Origin: an uncultured Verrucomicrobiae bacterium | GTDB lineage: Bacteria > Verrucomicrobiota > Verrucomicrobiia > Palsa-1439 | Length of the DNA stretch: 64,000 nt | Assembly (NCBI GenBank): GCA_963812605.1 | Contig: CAWEWF010000006.1 | Coordinates: 410,942-474,941 of the forward strand | Reading direction: 5' to 3' | Shown: positions 47,858 through 58,202 of the stretch, piece by piece | How the letters are laid out: every line of letters starts with the position of its first letter | Position numbering within the stretch: the stretch's first letter is position 1 | Translations under genes and position numbers: made by a program | Notes under the pieces: generated by a model | Databases searched by the model: none | What the model was told of the DNA's origin: nothing | The model's input: the letters and a program-made list of their open reading frames with translations, nothing else

Positions 47858-48454
47858 TCAAACTTTTCGGCGGCCTTCCAGCGCGCGGGAGAGCGTGACT
47901 TCGTCGGCGGTTTCCAGCGCGCTGCCGACGGGCAACCCCAGCGCGATGCGGCTGACGGAAACACCGAGCGGTTTGAGCAGGTCGATGAGATGGTTTACCG
48001 TCGCTTCGCTTTCCACGTCGGCCCCCAACGCGAGGATGATCTCCGTCGGTTTTTCCTGCGCCACGCGCTCCAACAACGCGGCGATGCGGAGCTGCTCGGG
48101 GCCGATGCCGTTCAACGGCGAAACCCGCCCCATCAACGCGTGGTAAACGCCCTGGTGCACGCCCGCGCGCTCCAGCGTGAGAATGTCGTTGGGGCCTTCC
48201 ACCACGCAGATCGACGACTGTTCGCGGCGCGGGCTGTCGCAAATTTCGCAGGGATCGTTTTCGGTGTAGCCGCCACAGCGCGAGCAATTGCGGATCTTCG
48301 CCTTCGCATCGAGGATCGCTTGCGCCAGGAGTCGATTGGTGTCCCCATTGGCCTTCAGCAGGTGCAAGGCGATCCGCTCCGCGCTACGCTTGCCAACACC
48401 GGGCAGGCGGGACACCTGGGCGATCAGGTTTTGGACTGGCTTCGGATAATCCAT
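47858..48454 (-). CDS. recR: Recombination mediator RecR
   Basis: LPGVG.RSAERIA, C4 zinc finger, Toprim ICVVE, SRIALGLPVG. Confidence 0.96.
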   Translation of the reverse strand: MDYPKPVQNLIAQVSRLPGVGKRSAERIALHLLKANGDTNRLLAQAILDAKAKIRNCSRCGGYTENDPCEICDSPRREQSSICVVEGPNDILTLERAGVHQGVYHALMGRVSPLNGIGPEQLRIAALLERVAQEKPTEIILALGADVESEATVNHLIDLLKPLGVSVSRIALGLPVGSALETADEVTLSRALEGRRKV

Positions 48455-48538
48455 TAGTCCCGCTACTATCCGTTCTCACCTCCAAAAAGCAAGCAAAGGG
48501 AAGAGGCAAAGGCGCCGAACTTCACCCGTGCGTGGGCG

Positions 48539-50536
48539 CTAGCGGACGACCCCCAGCCGCGCGAGTGCAGTTCGCGCTTCGGCGAAATCAGGCTTGAGAT
48601 GCAATGCCTGCTCGTATTCCTTGATCGCTTCATCAGACTTTCCGACCAGCTCCAGGGCTGCAGCCAGATTATAATGGGCCTCAACAAAATCGGGCTTGAT
48701 GTGTTGCGCTTGTTCGTAATGCCCGATGGCATCCTCGATTTTGCCTTCTTGAAATAACGCATTCCCCAGCTTGTAGTGTGCATCCGCCAGATTCGGATTG
48801 ATTTGCACGGCCTGCTCATATTGGCTGATTGCGTCCTGAATCCGGCCTGTTTGTTGCAAGGCAGATCCCAGGTTGTAGTGCGCTCCCGCATGGTCAGGTT
48901 TAATCCGCAGCGCCTGCTGGAAATGTTCGATAGCCTCTTCCGTTTTGCCCGCTTGCAACAAGGCAACTCCCAAACTGTTGTGCGCCACGGCGTAATTGGG
49001 ATTGATCCGCAGCGCTTGCTCGAAGTGGTCAATCGCCTCCGGTATTTTGCCCTCATCCATCAGCACCACACCCACGTCGTTGTCCGTCTCAGCGTAATGT
49101 GCAACGCCTGCGAACAGGTTAAACGCCACCGAAAAGCTCAGTAGCAGGCCCCATCCCCCACGCACACTACGGCGCCAGACCAGCCGGTCAGCCAGGGCGC
49201 GTTCCAGTCCCAAGATACCGACCACGGCCAGTTGCAGCACCACAGGTAAAAATTCCACCTCGTAGCGCATGGCTGCCTGGCAGAAGAAGCATAGGGTCAC
49301 CGCGCAAACCGTCCCCAAGAGGGCCAACGTTGCCAGAAACGCGCGCAAGGTGGAGCGCACCTCCTCAGAACGACCGCGCCAAGCCAGGGGAGCCGCCAGC
49401 GCGAGCCACACCAAAGGAATATTGGTCAACACGCCGAAGGGAATCTCAACCGGCCAGTGACCCGCCGGCAGGGACGGCGTGGCAGCCTCTCGCACGAAAG
49501 GAAAACGATGGCTCCAGCGCGCCGGCTGCAGAAACAAGACACGGAAATTGAACCAGAAATAGCGCAGACTGAAAAACTGCTGTGTCCCTTGCCGCACTTC
49601 GCGCAACACATAGTGCTTGCCAAATTCGAACGGATTGCCGAATCGCAAAGTGTTGTAGAACATCAGCCCCGCCCCGATGAGTATGATCGGGCCGGTCGCT
49701 GCGGCCAGCAAAGTACCCATTGGTCGGCGTTCCCGCCACGCGCGGGCCACCGGCACCAGGAGAATGACCGCGCCGGGCAGCAAGTTCGGCCGCGCCCCCA
49801 CCGCCAGCCCGTAAATGGTACTCGCGGCCACCAACCACAGGCATTTCCGCTCCGGCTCGTGCAACGCGCGCCAGATTGCTCCCAGCGCCAGCATCGTCAG
49901 CATATACCCACAGGCAATCGCCACCTCGTAAACTTCACATCGCGCCAACAGCACCGGCACAAACGTCGCCAAACCAAGGGCAAGTACGCATGCCGCCACC
50001 ACCCCGACGCTCACCCTCGCGAAGTAGCAGCACCACAGCGAACGCAGCCAGGTAACGCTGGCGAAAAACCCGATGGCGCAAAACATCAGCACCGCTTGTC
50101 TCTCAGAAAGGTAGTGGCCGGTCAGCGCGACAAATGGCCAAAACGATATCAAGACGGGTGTAACCCCAAAGTCCAGATAAAGCCGTCCCTTGTAGTAGGC
50201 CAGGTCGTGCAACCCGTAGGGTGCGCCCCGGTAGGGAGCATTGGCGGTGGGATCGTAGGGGTCCGTGAGTTGCGCGAGCCCGGGTGGTACTTCCTTTTTC
50301 ACGCTGAGCTGGCCGGCGCGAAAACCTTGCACAAGTATATTGTAATAGCTGTCAGCCGCGTTCCGGCGTAACAACTCCAGGGAGCCCGAGCGCCCAGCGT
50401 AAACGTAAAGCCCGATGACCAGCGCGCAGGTTGCGCCCAGGATCCCGCACTGCATCCACCGGGACTTGCCTTCCGCGAGCAAGGATTCTCCGCAATCTGG
50501 CAGGCTACCATTCATCTTTGAGGTGGAAATCTGCAA
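48539..50536 (-). CDS. Multi-pass membrane protein with C-terminal TPR repeats
   Basis: Many TMs; repeated EAI.HF.QAL.I.P..A.AH.NLG; start uncertain. Confidence 0.85.
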   Translation of the reverse strand: MQISTSKMNGSLPDCGESLLAEGKSRWMQCGILGATCALVIGLYVYAGRSGSLELLRRNAADSYYNILVQGFRAGQLSVKKEVPPGLAQLTDPYDPTANAPYRGAPYGLHDLAYYKGRLYLDFGVTPVLISFWPFVALTGHYLSERQAVLMFCAIGFFASVTWLRSLWCCYFARVSVGVVAACVLALGLATFVPVLLARCEVYEVAIACGYMLTMLALGAIWRALHEPERKCLWLVAASTIYGLAVGARPNLLPGAVILLVPVARAWRERRPMGTLLAAATGPIILIGAGLMFYNTLRFGNPFEFGKHYVLREVRQGTQQFFSLRYFWFNFRVLFLQPARWSHRFPFVREAATPSLPAGHWPVEIPFGVLTNIPLVWLALAAPLAWRGRSEEVRSTLRAFLATLALLGTVCAVTLCFFCQAAMRYEVEFLPVVLQLAVVGILGLERALADRLVWRRSVRGGWGLLLSFSVAFNLFAGVAHYAETDNDVGVVLMDEGKIPEAIDHFEQALRINPNYAVAHNSLGVALLQAGKTEEAIEHFQQALRIKPDHAGAHYNLGSALQQTGRIQDAISQYEQAVQINPNLADAHYKLGNALFQEGKIEDAIGHYEQAQHIKPDFVEAHYNLAAALELVGKSDEAIKEYEQALHLKPDFAEARTALARLGVVR

Positions 50537-50654
50537 CGCTATCGCTCAGGCGCTATAGAAGGTTGCTATCGATTCATCAAGCAGCTACTGATGCACCCGC
50601 CGATGTATCGGCCGGCATTTCCCACGAAGGGACACCAACAACTCTGGCTGGTCG

Positions 50655-50967
50655 TTACATCATTCCCGGCAGATTCATGCCCGGCGGTGACTTTCCCCAA
50701 CTCTTCTTCCTGCGTCTTCTTCGCCGTCGCCAGGGCACTGGTCACGGCGCCGAGGACCAGGTCTTCGAGCATCTCAACGTCCTTCGGGTCGACGACCTTC
50801 GGGTCGATCTTAATCAACGAGATGGTGCCATCACAGCGCGCGACGGCCTTTACGGCTCCCCCGCCCGCCGAGGCTTCGACTTCGCGCTGCGCCAGTTCCT
50901 CCTGCACGCGCGTCATTTCGGTCTGCATCTTCTGGGCTTGTTTGAGAAATTTTCCGAGTCCGGCCAT
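50655..50967 (-). CDS. ybaB: YbaB/EbfC nucleoid-associated protein, frameshift near 50680
   Basis: KQAQKMQ, AGGGAV, EMLEDL; natural end GMNLPGMM* lies in a shifted frame. Confidence 0.92.
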
Positions 50968-51029
50968 ATGATCCTTTCGGCAAGCGGGCCGCTTGCCCTA
51001 CAAACCAAGCGGGCGAGACGCCCGCGCCA

Positions 51030-52693
51030 CTATTTTCTGACTTCGACGATTGTTCCTTTGAAAATCTCCAGCGCTTTTTTGATCAACGGGTCATTCTTGA
51101 AATCATCCACATTCATTTTTGCCGGTTCGGCCGGTTTCGCCGATGTTCCCGGTTTTGTTGGCGAAGACGTAGACGCCTTCGGCGCAGGCGCGGTTGTAGC
51201 CTCCCCCACCTCAAACTTCAGCGCGACGTCCATCCGCAGCTTCTCCTTCAACTTGCCTTGCAGTATTTCTATGTTGCGGGGATGGTCGGCGAATTCCTTG
51301 CGGTCGGCGAACTCCGGATCGAAGCGCACGACCAGCACATTGCCGCGCAGACCCAGCGGCTGCGCCCCGACCAGGTAACTCTTCGCCAGCGGCGTGACCT
51401 TCCCCAGGTGTTCCACCGCGTAGGCCCACGCCTCGTCCACTGCGGCCGATGAATTCGTGGGCGCGGCTTCCCGCACATGATTTACCGGTGTTACAGGCGC
51501 GGCTTTTGCGACAGGAACATCGATCCGCATGGGGGCTTGACGGCACCCCACCCTTCAATTCGTTCAGTTTCTTCAGCAAGCCGTCGATCCCGACCATGTC
51601 GCGCGCCTTGACGGCTTTCACCAGCGCGATCTCGAAAAACACGCGCTTCGATAACGCGTAGCGGAGCCGTCCCTCGGCGGCCGCCAGCGCGTCGATGATC
51701 CGCAGCACCGCGTCGGAATCCGTGCGCTTGGCCTGCGCCACAAGCAGGTCCATTTCGGATTCGGGCAATTGCAAGGACGCAACGCCCTCCGCCCCCAGCG
51801 TCACAATCAGCAAATTGCGAAAATGATCGAGCAAATCCGCCGCGAGGCGTTGCAGGTCTTTGCCCGGCGTCGTCGAGTTCCTTCAACACCTGGAGCGACT
51901 TCGTCGTCTGGCCGTCGAGGACCGCGTCGGTGAGGGCCGCGATCCGGTCGTGGGCGACCAGCCCGAAAACCGACAGCACGTCCGCCTCGGCAATCTTGTT
52001 CCCGCAAAACGCGATGAGCTGGTCTAGCGTGCTTTCCGCGTCGCGCAGGCCGCCTTCCGCGCCGCGCGCGATGGCCGCCAGCGCCTCGTCGTCGATCGCC
52101 ACTTTCTCTTTCTTCGCGATTTCCTTGAGGTGCTTGACGATGAGGCTCGCGGGAATCCGCCGCAGATCGAACCGCTGGCAGCGCGAGAGAATCGTCGGCA
52201 GCACTTTCTGCGGCTCGGTCGTCGCGAAAATGAATTTCACATGCGCCGGCGGTTCCTCGAGCGTCTTGAGCAGCGCGTTGAACGCCTGCGTGGTGAGCAT
52301 GTGGACTTCATCGATGATGTAAATCTTGAACTTGCCGCGGGCGGGCGCATAGCGGACGGTGTCGCGCAGTTCGCGGACCTGCTCGACACCGTTATTGGAA
52401 GCGCCGTCGATTTCCAGCACGTCGAGCGACCTCCCCTCGGTGATCTCCCGGCAACTATCGCACTCATCGCAGGGCGTGGCGGTCGGCCCCTTCACGCAAT
52501 TGAGCGCCTTGGCGAAAATGCGGGCGATGGAAGTCTTGCCGATGCCGCGCGGCCCGACGAAGAGGTAGGCGTGCGCGAGGCGGTTCTGCGCGATGGCGTT
52601 TTTCAACGTGGTGGTGACATGCTCCTGCCCCACGACATCGTCGAACTGCTGCGGGCGCCATTTCCGCGCCAGAACCTGATATTGTTGCGCCAT
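51030..52693 (-). CDS. dnaX: DNA polymerase III subunit gamma/tau, frameshifts near 51865 and 51535
   Basis: [34 protein letters not shown]; three overlapping ORFs. Confidence 0.95.
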
Positions 52694-52784
52694 AAAAGCT
52701 GTTGTCGGCCGACTCTGCGAGTCGGCGCTGCATCTTTCGTCGCCCCGAACGGATTCGGGGCAGCCCACCGCGGTTCAAATGAAT

Positions 52785-53051
52785 GGCCGTGCACCTCGCT
52801 TCGACAAGCGACATCGGTTCGCGCGCCGCGGTTGAAGCTCCAGCCAGGCGCCCCGACGGCACATGGAACATCAAGCTTACCGTTGCTGTCTTCCGACCCT
52901 GGCGGGGTTCGCAAGCAACCATTGCATCGGACCCGGCCTTCGACGCCGCCCCGCAGTCTGCTCGCCCACATCACCGCCTCGGCGAGGAATTCGGCCCAGC
53001 TATAGCGGGTTGCTGGTGCAGGGAACCGCTAACTCCCCGCCTAGCACGACC
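52785..53051 (-). ncRNA. ffs: Signal recognition particle RNA, large (Alu-domain) type
   Basis: Domain IV GCCAGGGUCGGAAGACAGCAAC; 5' GGUCGUGCUAGGCGGGGAGUUAGCGGUUCCCUG pairing with 3' GCACGGCC; upstream of dnaX. Confidence 0.88.
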
Positions 53052-53191
53052 AAAAATCTACCCGCGAAACCATTTCGCGGTTGCGCCCTGTACTTAGCCC
53101 GAACGACAGCCTAAAACAAGAGCAAATTGCCGTGGCGGTTCTGTCGATTCAGTGCTCATTTTTAGCGATTTGCTTGCGCGCGGGCGCAACG

Positions 53192-53200
53192 TGGCATAAT
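53192..53200 (+). promoter_or_regulatory. Extended -10 element of tRNA-Thr
   Basis: TGgCATAAT 16 nt before the tRNA. Confidence 0.5.
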
Positions 53201-53216
53201 ATCAGACACCAGTTTC

Positions 53217-53292
<76 letters not shown>

Positions 53293-53312
53293 ATTTTTTT
53301 GATTCACAGCCG

Positions 53313-53348
53313 CGAGCCGCCTCGAGATGATCGGGCGGCTCGTTTTTT
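53313..53348 (+). terminator. Intrinsic terminator after tRNA-Thr
   Basis: cgagccgcc...gggcggctcg followed by T6. Confidence 0.85.
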
Positions 53349-53350
53349 GG

Positions 53351-53540
53351 GAGGCCGACGATACACGGGCAGGCGTGAGCGCCGAGTATGCCTAATGTGG
53401 CCGGAGAATGTGGGCAATGGGGCCGAGACTGGAATCTGGAGGCGCACAACGGGAAGTCCTATGACGTGTTGACTGTCAAGTTAAGCAGCGGACAGGTCAG
53501 GATCTTCTACTTTGACATCTCAAGATTTGTTGGAAAATGA
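53351..53540 (+). pseudogene. Probable 5'-truncated gene fragment
   Basis: AGVSAEYA / ...GKSYDVLTVKLSSGQVRIFYFDISRFVGK* reads protein-like across a one-base shift. Confidence 0.4.
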
Positions 53541-53689
53541 ACCTGGCGGAAGTTTGGATCGCGAAACGGTGAAGAAAGAGGGCCAGTCCGCCTTTCAAAA
53601 CATGCTTACAACAAGCGAACTGGCCTCTTTAACACGCACCCACCCTGCAACTGAGGCGAATCAGGAGCCGGCGGTTTTTGGGTGTTTAC

Positions 53690-53884
53690 TCAGTGATGAT
53701 CCTGATCATCGTGGTGATCTTGATCGGCAGGGTGATCGTCGTGATGGTCCTGATCGTCGTGGTGATCCTGATCGTCGTGGTGATCATCATCATGTCCGCG
53801 CCAGATAAAGCATCCCGTGAGCAACATGCTGAGGGCCCCCAACAACACCGCAAACTTCAAAACTGACCATTTGGTTCTATTCAT
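53690..53884 (-). CDS. Small lipoprotein with a His/Asp repeat tail
   Basis: Lipobox LLTGC then DQDHHD-type 18-bp repeats. Confidence 0.7.
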   Translation of the reverse strand: MNRTKWSVLKFAVLLGALSMLLTGCFIWRGHDDDHHDDQDHHDDQDHHDDHPADQDHHDDQDHH

Positions 53885-54338
53885 AGGGTTCCAATCGGGC
53901 CGCCCAACGTCGGCATCTTTTTCGTGAGATCGTGTTTCATGAAAGAACGATACAACGAGACGTAGCGCAAGCATATGGGGTATTCACCCCACCGACGCCG
54001 GCGGTTTAATTCGGCGTTTGCATTTTGAATTGCGAGGCGCTCAATCAGCGCACAACGACATTGTATGATGGAAGGCGCGAAATACGCCCAGGGCCGAATG
54101 GCTCTTTTCGCGCCCAGTCTAGGTACTTTCCCTTATGGACATTCAACTGGTCTTTGTTGGGAAACGGTATAAATTGGCCCTCGTTAAGCTGACTGTACAA
54201 TGAGCATCTGGGAACCCCTCGGCTCATGGTTAAGTTGCTTATTATGGTAAAGCCCTGTTTCCAAGGGATCTGTCAGCAATGCCGGCTATCACCGGCTGGG
54301 GGATACGAACTCGACCGTCGACCTGTCATTGAGACGAA

Positions 54339-56120
54339 ATGAAGACGAATAATCAAGACGTGGACGTGGCCACCAACGAGATACAGGTTGACCAGGCCCA
54401 AACACAAGTTGAGCAGGCCGAGGCCCGGACCCAGCAGGCGGAAGCGCGGACCGGGCAGGCTGAGGCGCGAACCGGGCAGGCCGAGACACGAACGGAGCAA
54501 GCCGAGACGCGGACGGAGCAGGCTGAGTCACGAACCAAGCAGGCGGAGGCGCGGACCGGTCAGGCCGAGACGCGGACGGAGCAAGCCGAGGCACGAACCG
54601 AGCAGGCTGAAGCGCGGAGTGAGCAGGCGATCCGCGCCTCTGAACTCCGGTACCGGCGGCTGTTCGAAACGATGCAGGACGGCATCCTCATTCTCGATGC
54701 CGACACCGGGCAGGTGGTGGACGCCAACCCGTTCATGAAAGATTTGCTTGGTTATTCGCAGGAAGAATTTCTCGGAAAGAAACTGTGGGAAATCGGTCCC
54801 TTCAAAGGCGAGGCGGCTTCCAAAATCGCTTTCGCGGAATTACAACACCAAGACCGTCTTCGCTACGAAGGCCTCCCCCTGGAGACGAAGGACGGACGGC
54901 GGGTCGAGGTCGAGTTCATCAGCAACGCCTATCTCGCGGACCAGAAGCGGCTGATCCAATGCAACATCCGCGACATCACGGAGCGCAAACGAGCGGAAAT
55001 AGACTCAATCCGGCTGGCGGCAATTATCGAATCCTCGGACGACGCCATCATCGGCAAAGACCTGAATAGCATCATCACCAGTTGGAACGCCGGCGCCGAG
55101 AAGGTTTTTGGGTATTCCGCGGCAGAGATGGTGGGCAGCCCGATTATGCGGCTGATTCCAGCCGATCGGCAGGAAGAGGAAAGCCAAATAGTGGGAAAGA
55201 TCCGGCGCGGTGAAAAGGTGCGGCATTTTGAAACCGTCCGGCAGGCAAAGGATGGCCGGATGATTGACGTTTCCGTCACTGTTTCACCCATTAAGGATTC
55301 GACGGGTAAGGTCGTCGGTGCGTCGAAAGTGGCGCGGGACATCACCGAGCGGAAGCAGGCGGAGGAAAAAATCCGCAGTCTCAACGCGGAACTGGAGCAG
55401 CGCGTCGCTGAACGCACAGCACAATTAGAGGCGGCGAACAAGGAACTGGAGGCGTTCAGCTATTCCGTCTCCCATGACCTGCGCGCGCCGTTGCGCCATG
55501 TGGCGGGATTTGTGGAACTACTGAAGGCCGATGCTGCGCCCGTCCTTTCGGAGAAGAGCCGCAAACACCTGGGCACGATTTCCGAATCCGCAAAACGGAT
55601 GGGGGATTTGATTGATGACCTGCTGGCGTTTTCGCGGATCGGGCGATCGGAAATGCAGAAGTCAACCGTCAATCTCGACGACCTCGTCAAAGAGACACTG
55701 GCCGGGTTGCAAGCGGAGACGAAGGAACGAAACATTACCTGGAAAATAGACCCGTTGCCCGAAGTGCAGGCGGACCGTTCGATGTTGCGGCAAGTGTTGG
55801 TCAATCTCCTGTCCAATGCGGTGAAATTCACCCGCCCGCGCAACCCGGCCACCATCGACGTCGGTTGCGCCGCGGCGGACAACAAGGAAATCACCATCTT
55901 TGTCCGCGACAACGGCGCCGGGTTCGATCCGAAATACGTTGGCAAACTTTTCGGCGTATTTCAGCGCTTGCACAGCAGCAATGACTTCGAAGGCACGGGC
56001 ATCGGGCTGGCCAACGTCCAGCGCATCATCCAGCGCCACGGCGGCCGGGTCTGGGCGGAAGGCGCCGTGGACCAGGGCGCGACGTTTTATTTTTCAATCC
56101 CCAAATCCAAGGAGGCGTAA
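54339..56120 (+). CDS. PAS-PAS histidine kinase with N-terminal heptad repeats
   Basis: TxQAE(A/T)R repeats, two PAS-PAC, SVSHDLRAPL, GTGIGL. Confidence 0.93.
   Translation: MKTNNQDVDVATNEIQVDQAQTQVEQAEARTQQAEARTGQAEARTGQAETRTEQAETRTEQAESRTKQAEARTGQAETRTEQAEARTEQAEARSEQAIRASELRYRRLFETMQDGILILDADTGQVVDANPFMKDLLGYSQEEFLGKKLWEIGPFKGEAASKIAFAELQHQDRLRYEGLPLETKDGRRVEVEFISNAYLADQKRLIQCNIRDITERKRAEIDSIRLAAIIESSDDAIIGKDLNSIITSWNAGAEKVFGYSAAEMVGSPIMRLIPADRQEEESQIVGKIRRGEKVRHFETVRQAKDGRMIDVSVTVSPIKDSTGKVVGASKVARDITERKQAEEKIRSLNAELEQRVAERTAQLEAANKELEAFSYSVSHDLRAPLRHVAGFVELLKADAAPVLSEKSRKHLGTISESAKRMGDLIDDLLAFSRIGRSEMQKSTVNLDDLVKETLAGLQAETKERNITWKIDPLPEVQADRSMLRQVLVNLLSNAVKFTRPRNPATIDVGCAAADNKEITIFVRDNGAGFDPKYVGKLFGVFQRLHSSNDFEGTGIGLANVQRIIQRHGGRVWAEGAVDQGATFYFSIPKSKEA
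54408..54638 (+). repeat. 21-bp tandem repeats (about 11 heptads)
   Basis: VEQAEAR TQQAEAR TGQAEAR TGQAETR TEQAETR... Confidence 0.9.
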
Positions 56121-56579
56121 ATGAATGCCGAGGTAAAAACCATTTTGTTGGCGGAAGACGATCCGAATGATGTGGAACTGACGCTGACGGCACTGGAGGA
56201 ATACAACCTGGCCAACAAAGTCACGGTCGCCCACGACGGCGCGGAGGCGCTGGATTATCTTTATCACCGGGGAAAGTTCGAGGCGCGAGTCAACGGTAAC
56301 CCGATCTTCGTACTGCTGGACCTCAAAATGCCGAAGGTGAACGGACTGGAAGTATTGCGGCACATGAAGACGGACGAAAAACTGAAAATGATCCCCGTCA
56401 TTGTGCTGACCTCCTCCCGCGAAGCGCCTGATTTGGCCGAATGTTACAAGTTGGGGGTCAATGCTTACGTAGTGAAACCCGTCGATTTTCACGATTTTAT
56501 AAAGGCGGTCAAGGAATTGGGTGTGTTTTGGGCGGCCGTCAATGAGCCACCGCCCAATAGCATAGAAAAAAGGGCGTAA
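56121..56579 (+). CDS. Single-domain response regulator (Rcp1-like)
   Basis: ILLAEDD, LLDLKMP, LTSS, NAYVVKP. Confidence 0.93.
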   Translation: MNAEVKTILLAEDDPNDVELTLTALEEYNLANKVTVAHDGAEALDYLYHRGKFEARVNGNPIFVLLDLKMPKVNGLEVLRHMKTDEKLKMIPVIVLTSSREAPDLAECYKLGVNAYVVKPVDFHDFIKAVKELGVFWAAVNEPPPNSIEKRA

Positions 56580-56630
56580 TACCCAGGGATGGCAGGCTGA
56601 TTGCTTGTTGATGGGGCGGAAGTATAGGTT

Positions 56631-58202
56631 ATGAAATCACCCCTGCGCATCCTGCATCTGGAAGACGACGAAAACGACGCCGACCTTGTCTTGTCAACGC
56701 TCGCGGCCGAAGGGATTCCCTGCCAGGCGAAGCGCGTCCAAACCCGCGCTGATTTCACCGCCGCGATTGAGCACGGCGGCTTTGACATCATTTTCTCAGA
56801 CTTTGCCCTGCCTGCCTTTGATGGAATAGCCGCGCTGGAAATGACGCAGAAGCAATGTCCCGATGTGCCTTTCATCCTCATCTCGGGCACGCTGGGCGAG
56901 GAATTGGCAATTCAATCACTCAAGAGCGGCGCCACGGATTACGTCCTCAAGCAACGCCTTTCCCGCCTCGCGCCCGCCGTGCGCCGTGCGATGCAGGATG
57001 TCGAGGCCGTTGCCGAGCGCAAACGGTTGGAAGCCCAGTTCATCGAAGCCCAGAAGATGGAAGTGATTGGCCAGCTTGCCGGCGGGGTGGCACACGATTT
57101 TAACAACCTGCTGGCCGTCATCATGGGTTACAGCGAACTGATGATGGTCAAACTTCCCCCGAACGAACCCATGCGAAAAGAAGCCGAGGAGATCGGGCAT
57201 GCCGCCGACCGCGCCGCGGGTCTGACCCGGCAACTCCTGGCATTCAGTCGCAAGCAGAAAGTGCAGCCTGTCGTCCTCGATCTCAACGAGGTTGTCGCCG
57301 GCATGGAGAAAATGTTGCGACGCCTGATCGACGAGAACGTCGAACTGCAACTCGTACCGGGAAAAGAGATCGGTCGCGTCAAGGCCGACTGCGGTTACGT
57401 CGAACAAGTCTTGATGAACCTCGTCGTCAACGCCCGTGATGCCATGCATAACGGCGGAAAGCTCACCCTCGAGACGAGCAACGTCGCCCTGGACAAGACT
57501 TATGGACACACGCATGACGGCGTGACTCCGGGAAGTTATGTGATGCTGTCGGTCAGCGACACGGGTAGCGGCATGACCGATGAGGTGCAAGCACACCTCT
57601 TTGAAGCATTCTTCACGACCAAGCCGAAGGGCAAAGGCACCGGCCTGGGCCTGGCGACCTGCCAGACCATCATTAAACAATGCGGCGGCCATATCAACGT
57701 CTTCAGCAAGCTGGGCAAAGGCACGACTTTCAAGATTTATTTCCCACGCGTCGAACAGGCTCTGGAGTCATCGGCTCACCCACACGCCAAGGGAGGAGCA
57801 ATGCCGCGTGGCACGGAAACGATTCTGTTCGTGGAGGACGAACCGGCCGTGCGTCAGTTGGCTTGCAGCGTCCTGGAATCTCTCGACTACAAAGTCCTGC
57901 GGGCGAACAACGGCCAGGAGGGATTGGATTTGGCTCTCAAGCGGAAAGGAGGGCCGATTCAGTTGGTCGTCACGGATGTCATTATGCCCCAGATGGGCGG
58001 CAAAGTGATGGCCGAATGGCTGAAAGCCACCTACCCCGATTTGAAAATTCTTTACACATCCGGGTACACCGACGACGCACTGTCCGAACACGGCGTGCTG
58101 GAGCCCGGCATCGCCTTTCTGCCAAAACCCTACGCGCCGGCGGCACTCGCCGGTAAAGTACGTGAACTGCTGGATACGCCGCGAACCAAAGTGCGGCCGT
58201 GA
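56631..58202 (+). CDS. Hybrid receiver-histidine kinase-receiver
   Basis: LHLEDD, GVAHDFNN, GTGLGL, C-terminal REC. Confidence 0.93.
   Translation: MKSPLRILHLEDDENDADLVLSTLAAEGIPCQAKRVQTRADFTAAIEHGGFDIIFSDFALPAFDGIAALEMTQKQCPDVPFILISGTLGEELAIQSLKSGATDYVLKQRLSRLAPAVRRAMQDVEAVAERKRLEAQFIEAQKMEVIGQLAGGVAHDFNNLLAVIMGYSELMMVKLPPNEPMRKEAEEIGHAADRAAGLTRQLLAFSRKQKVQPVVLDLNEVVAGMEKMLRRLIDENVELQLVPGKEIGRVKADCGYVEQVLMNLVVNARDAMHNGGKLTLETSNVALDKTYGHTHDGVTPGSYVMLSVSDTGSGMTDEVQAHLFEAFFTTKPKGKGTGLGLATCQTIIKQCGGHINVFSKLGKGTTFKIYFPRVEQALESSAHPHAKGGAMPRGTETILFVEDEPAVRQLACSVLESLDYKVLRANNGQEGLDLALKRKGGPIQLVVTDVIMPQMGGKVMAEWLKATYPDLKILYTSGYTDDALSEHGVLEPGIAFLPKPYAPAALAGKVRELLDTPRTKVRP

Noticed and set aside
51500-51900. 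Programmed frameshift in dnaX (gamma/tau)
   Set aside because: No A-AAA-AAG or long A-run at the breaks. Two shifts occur at short G/C runs in a window full of similar indels.
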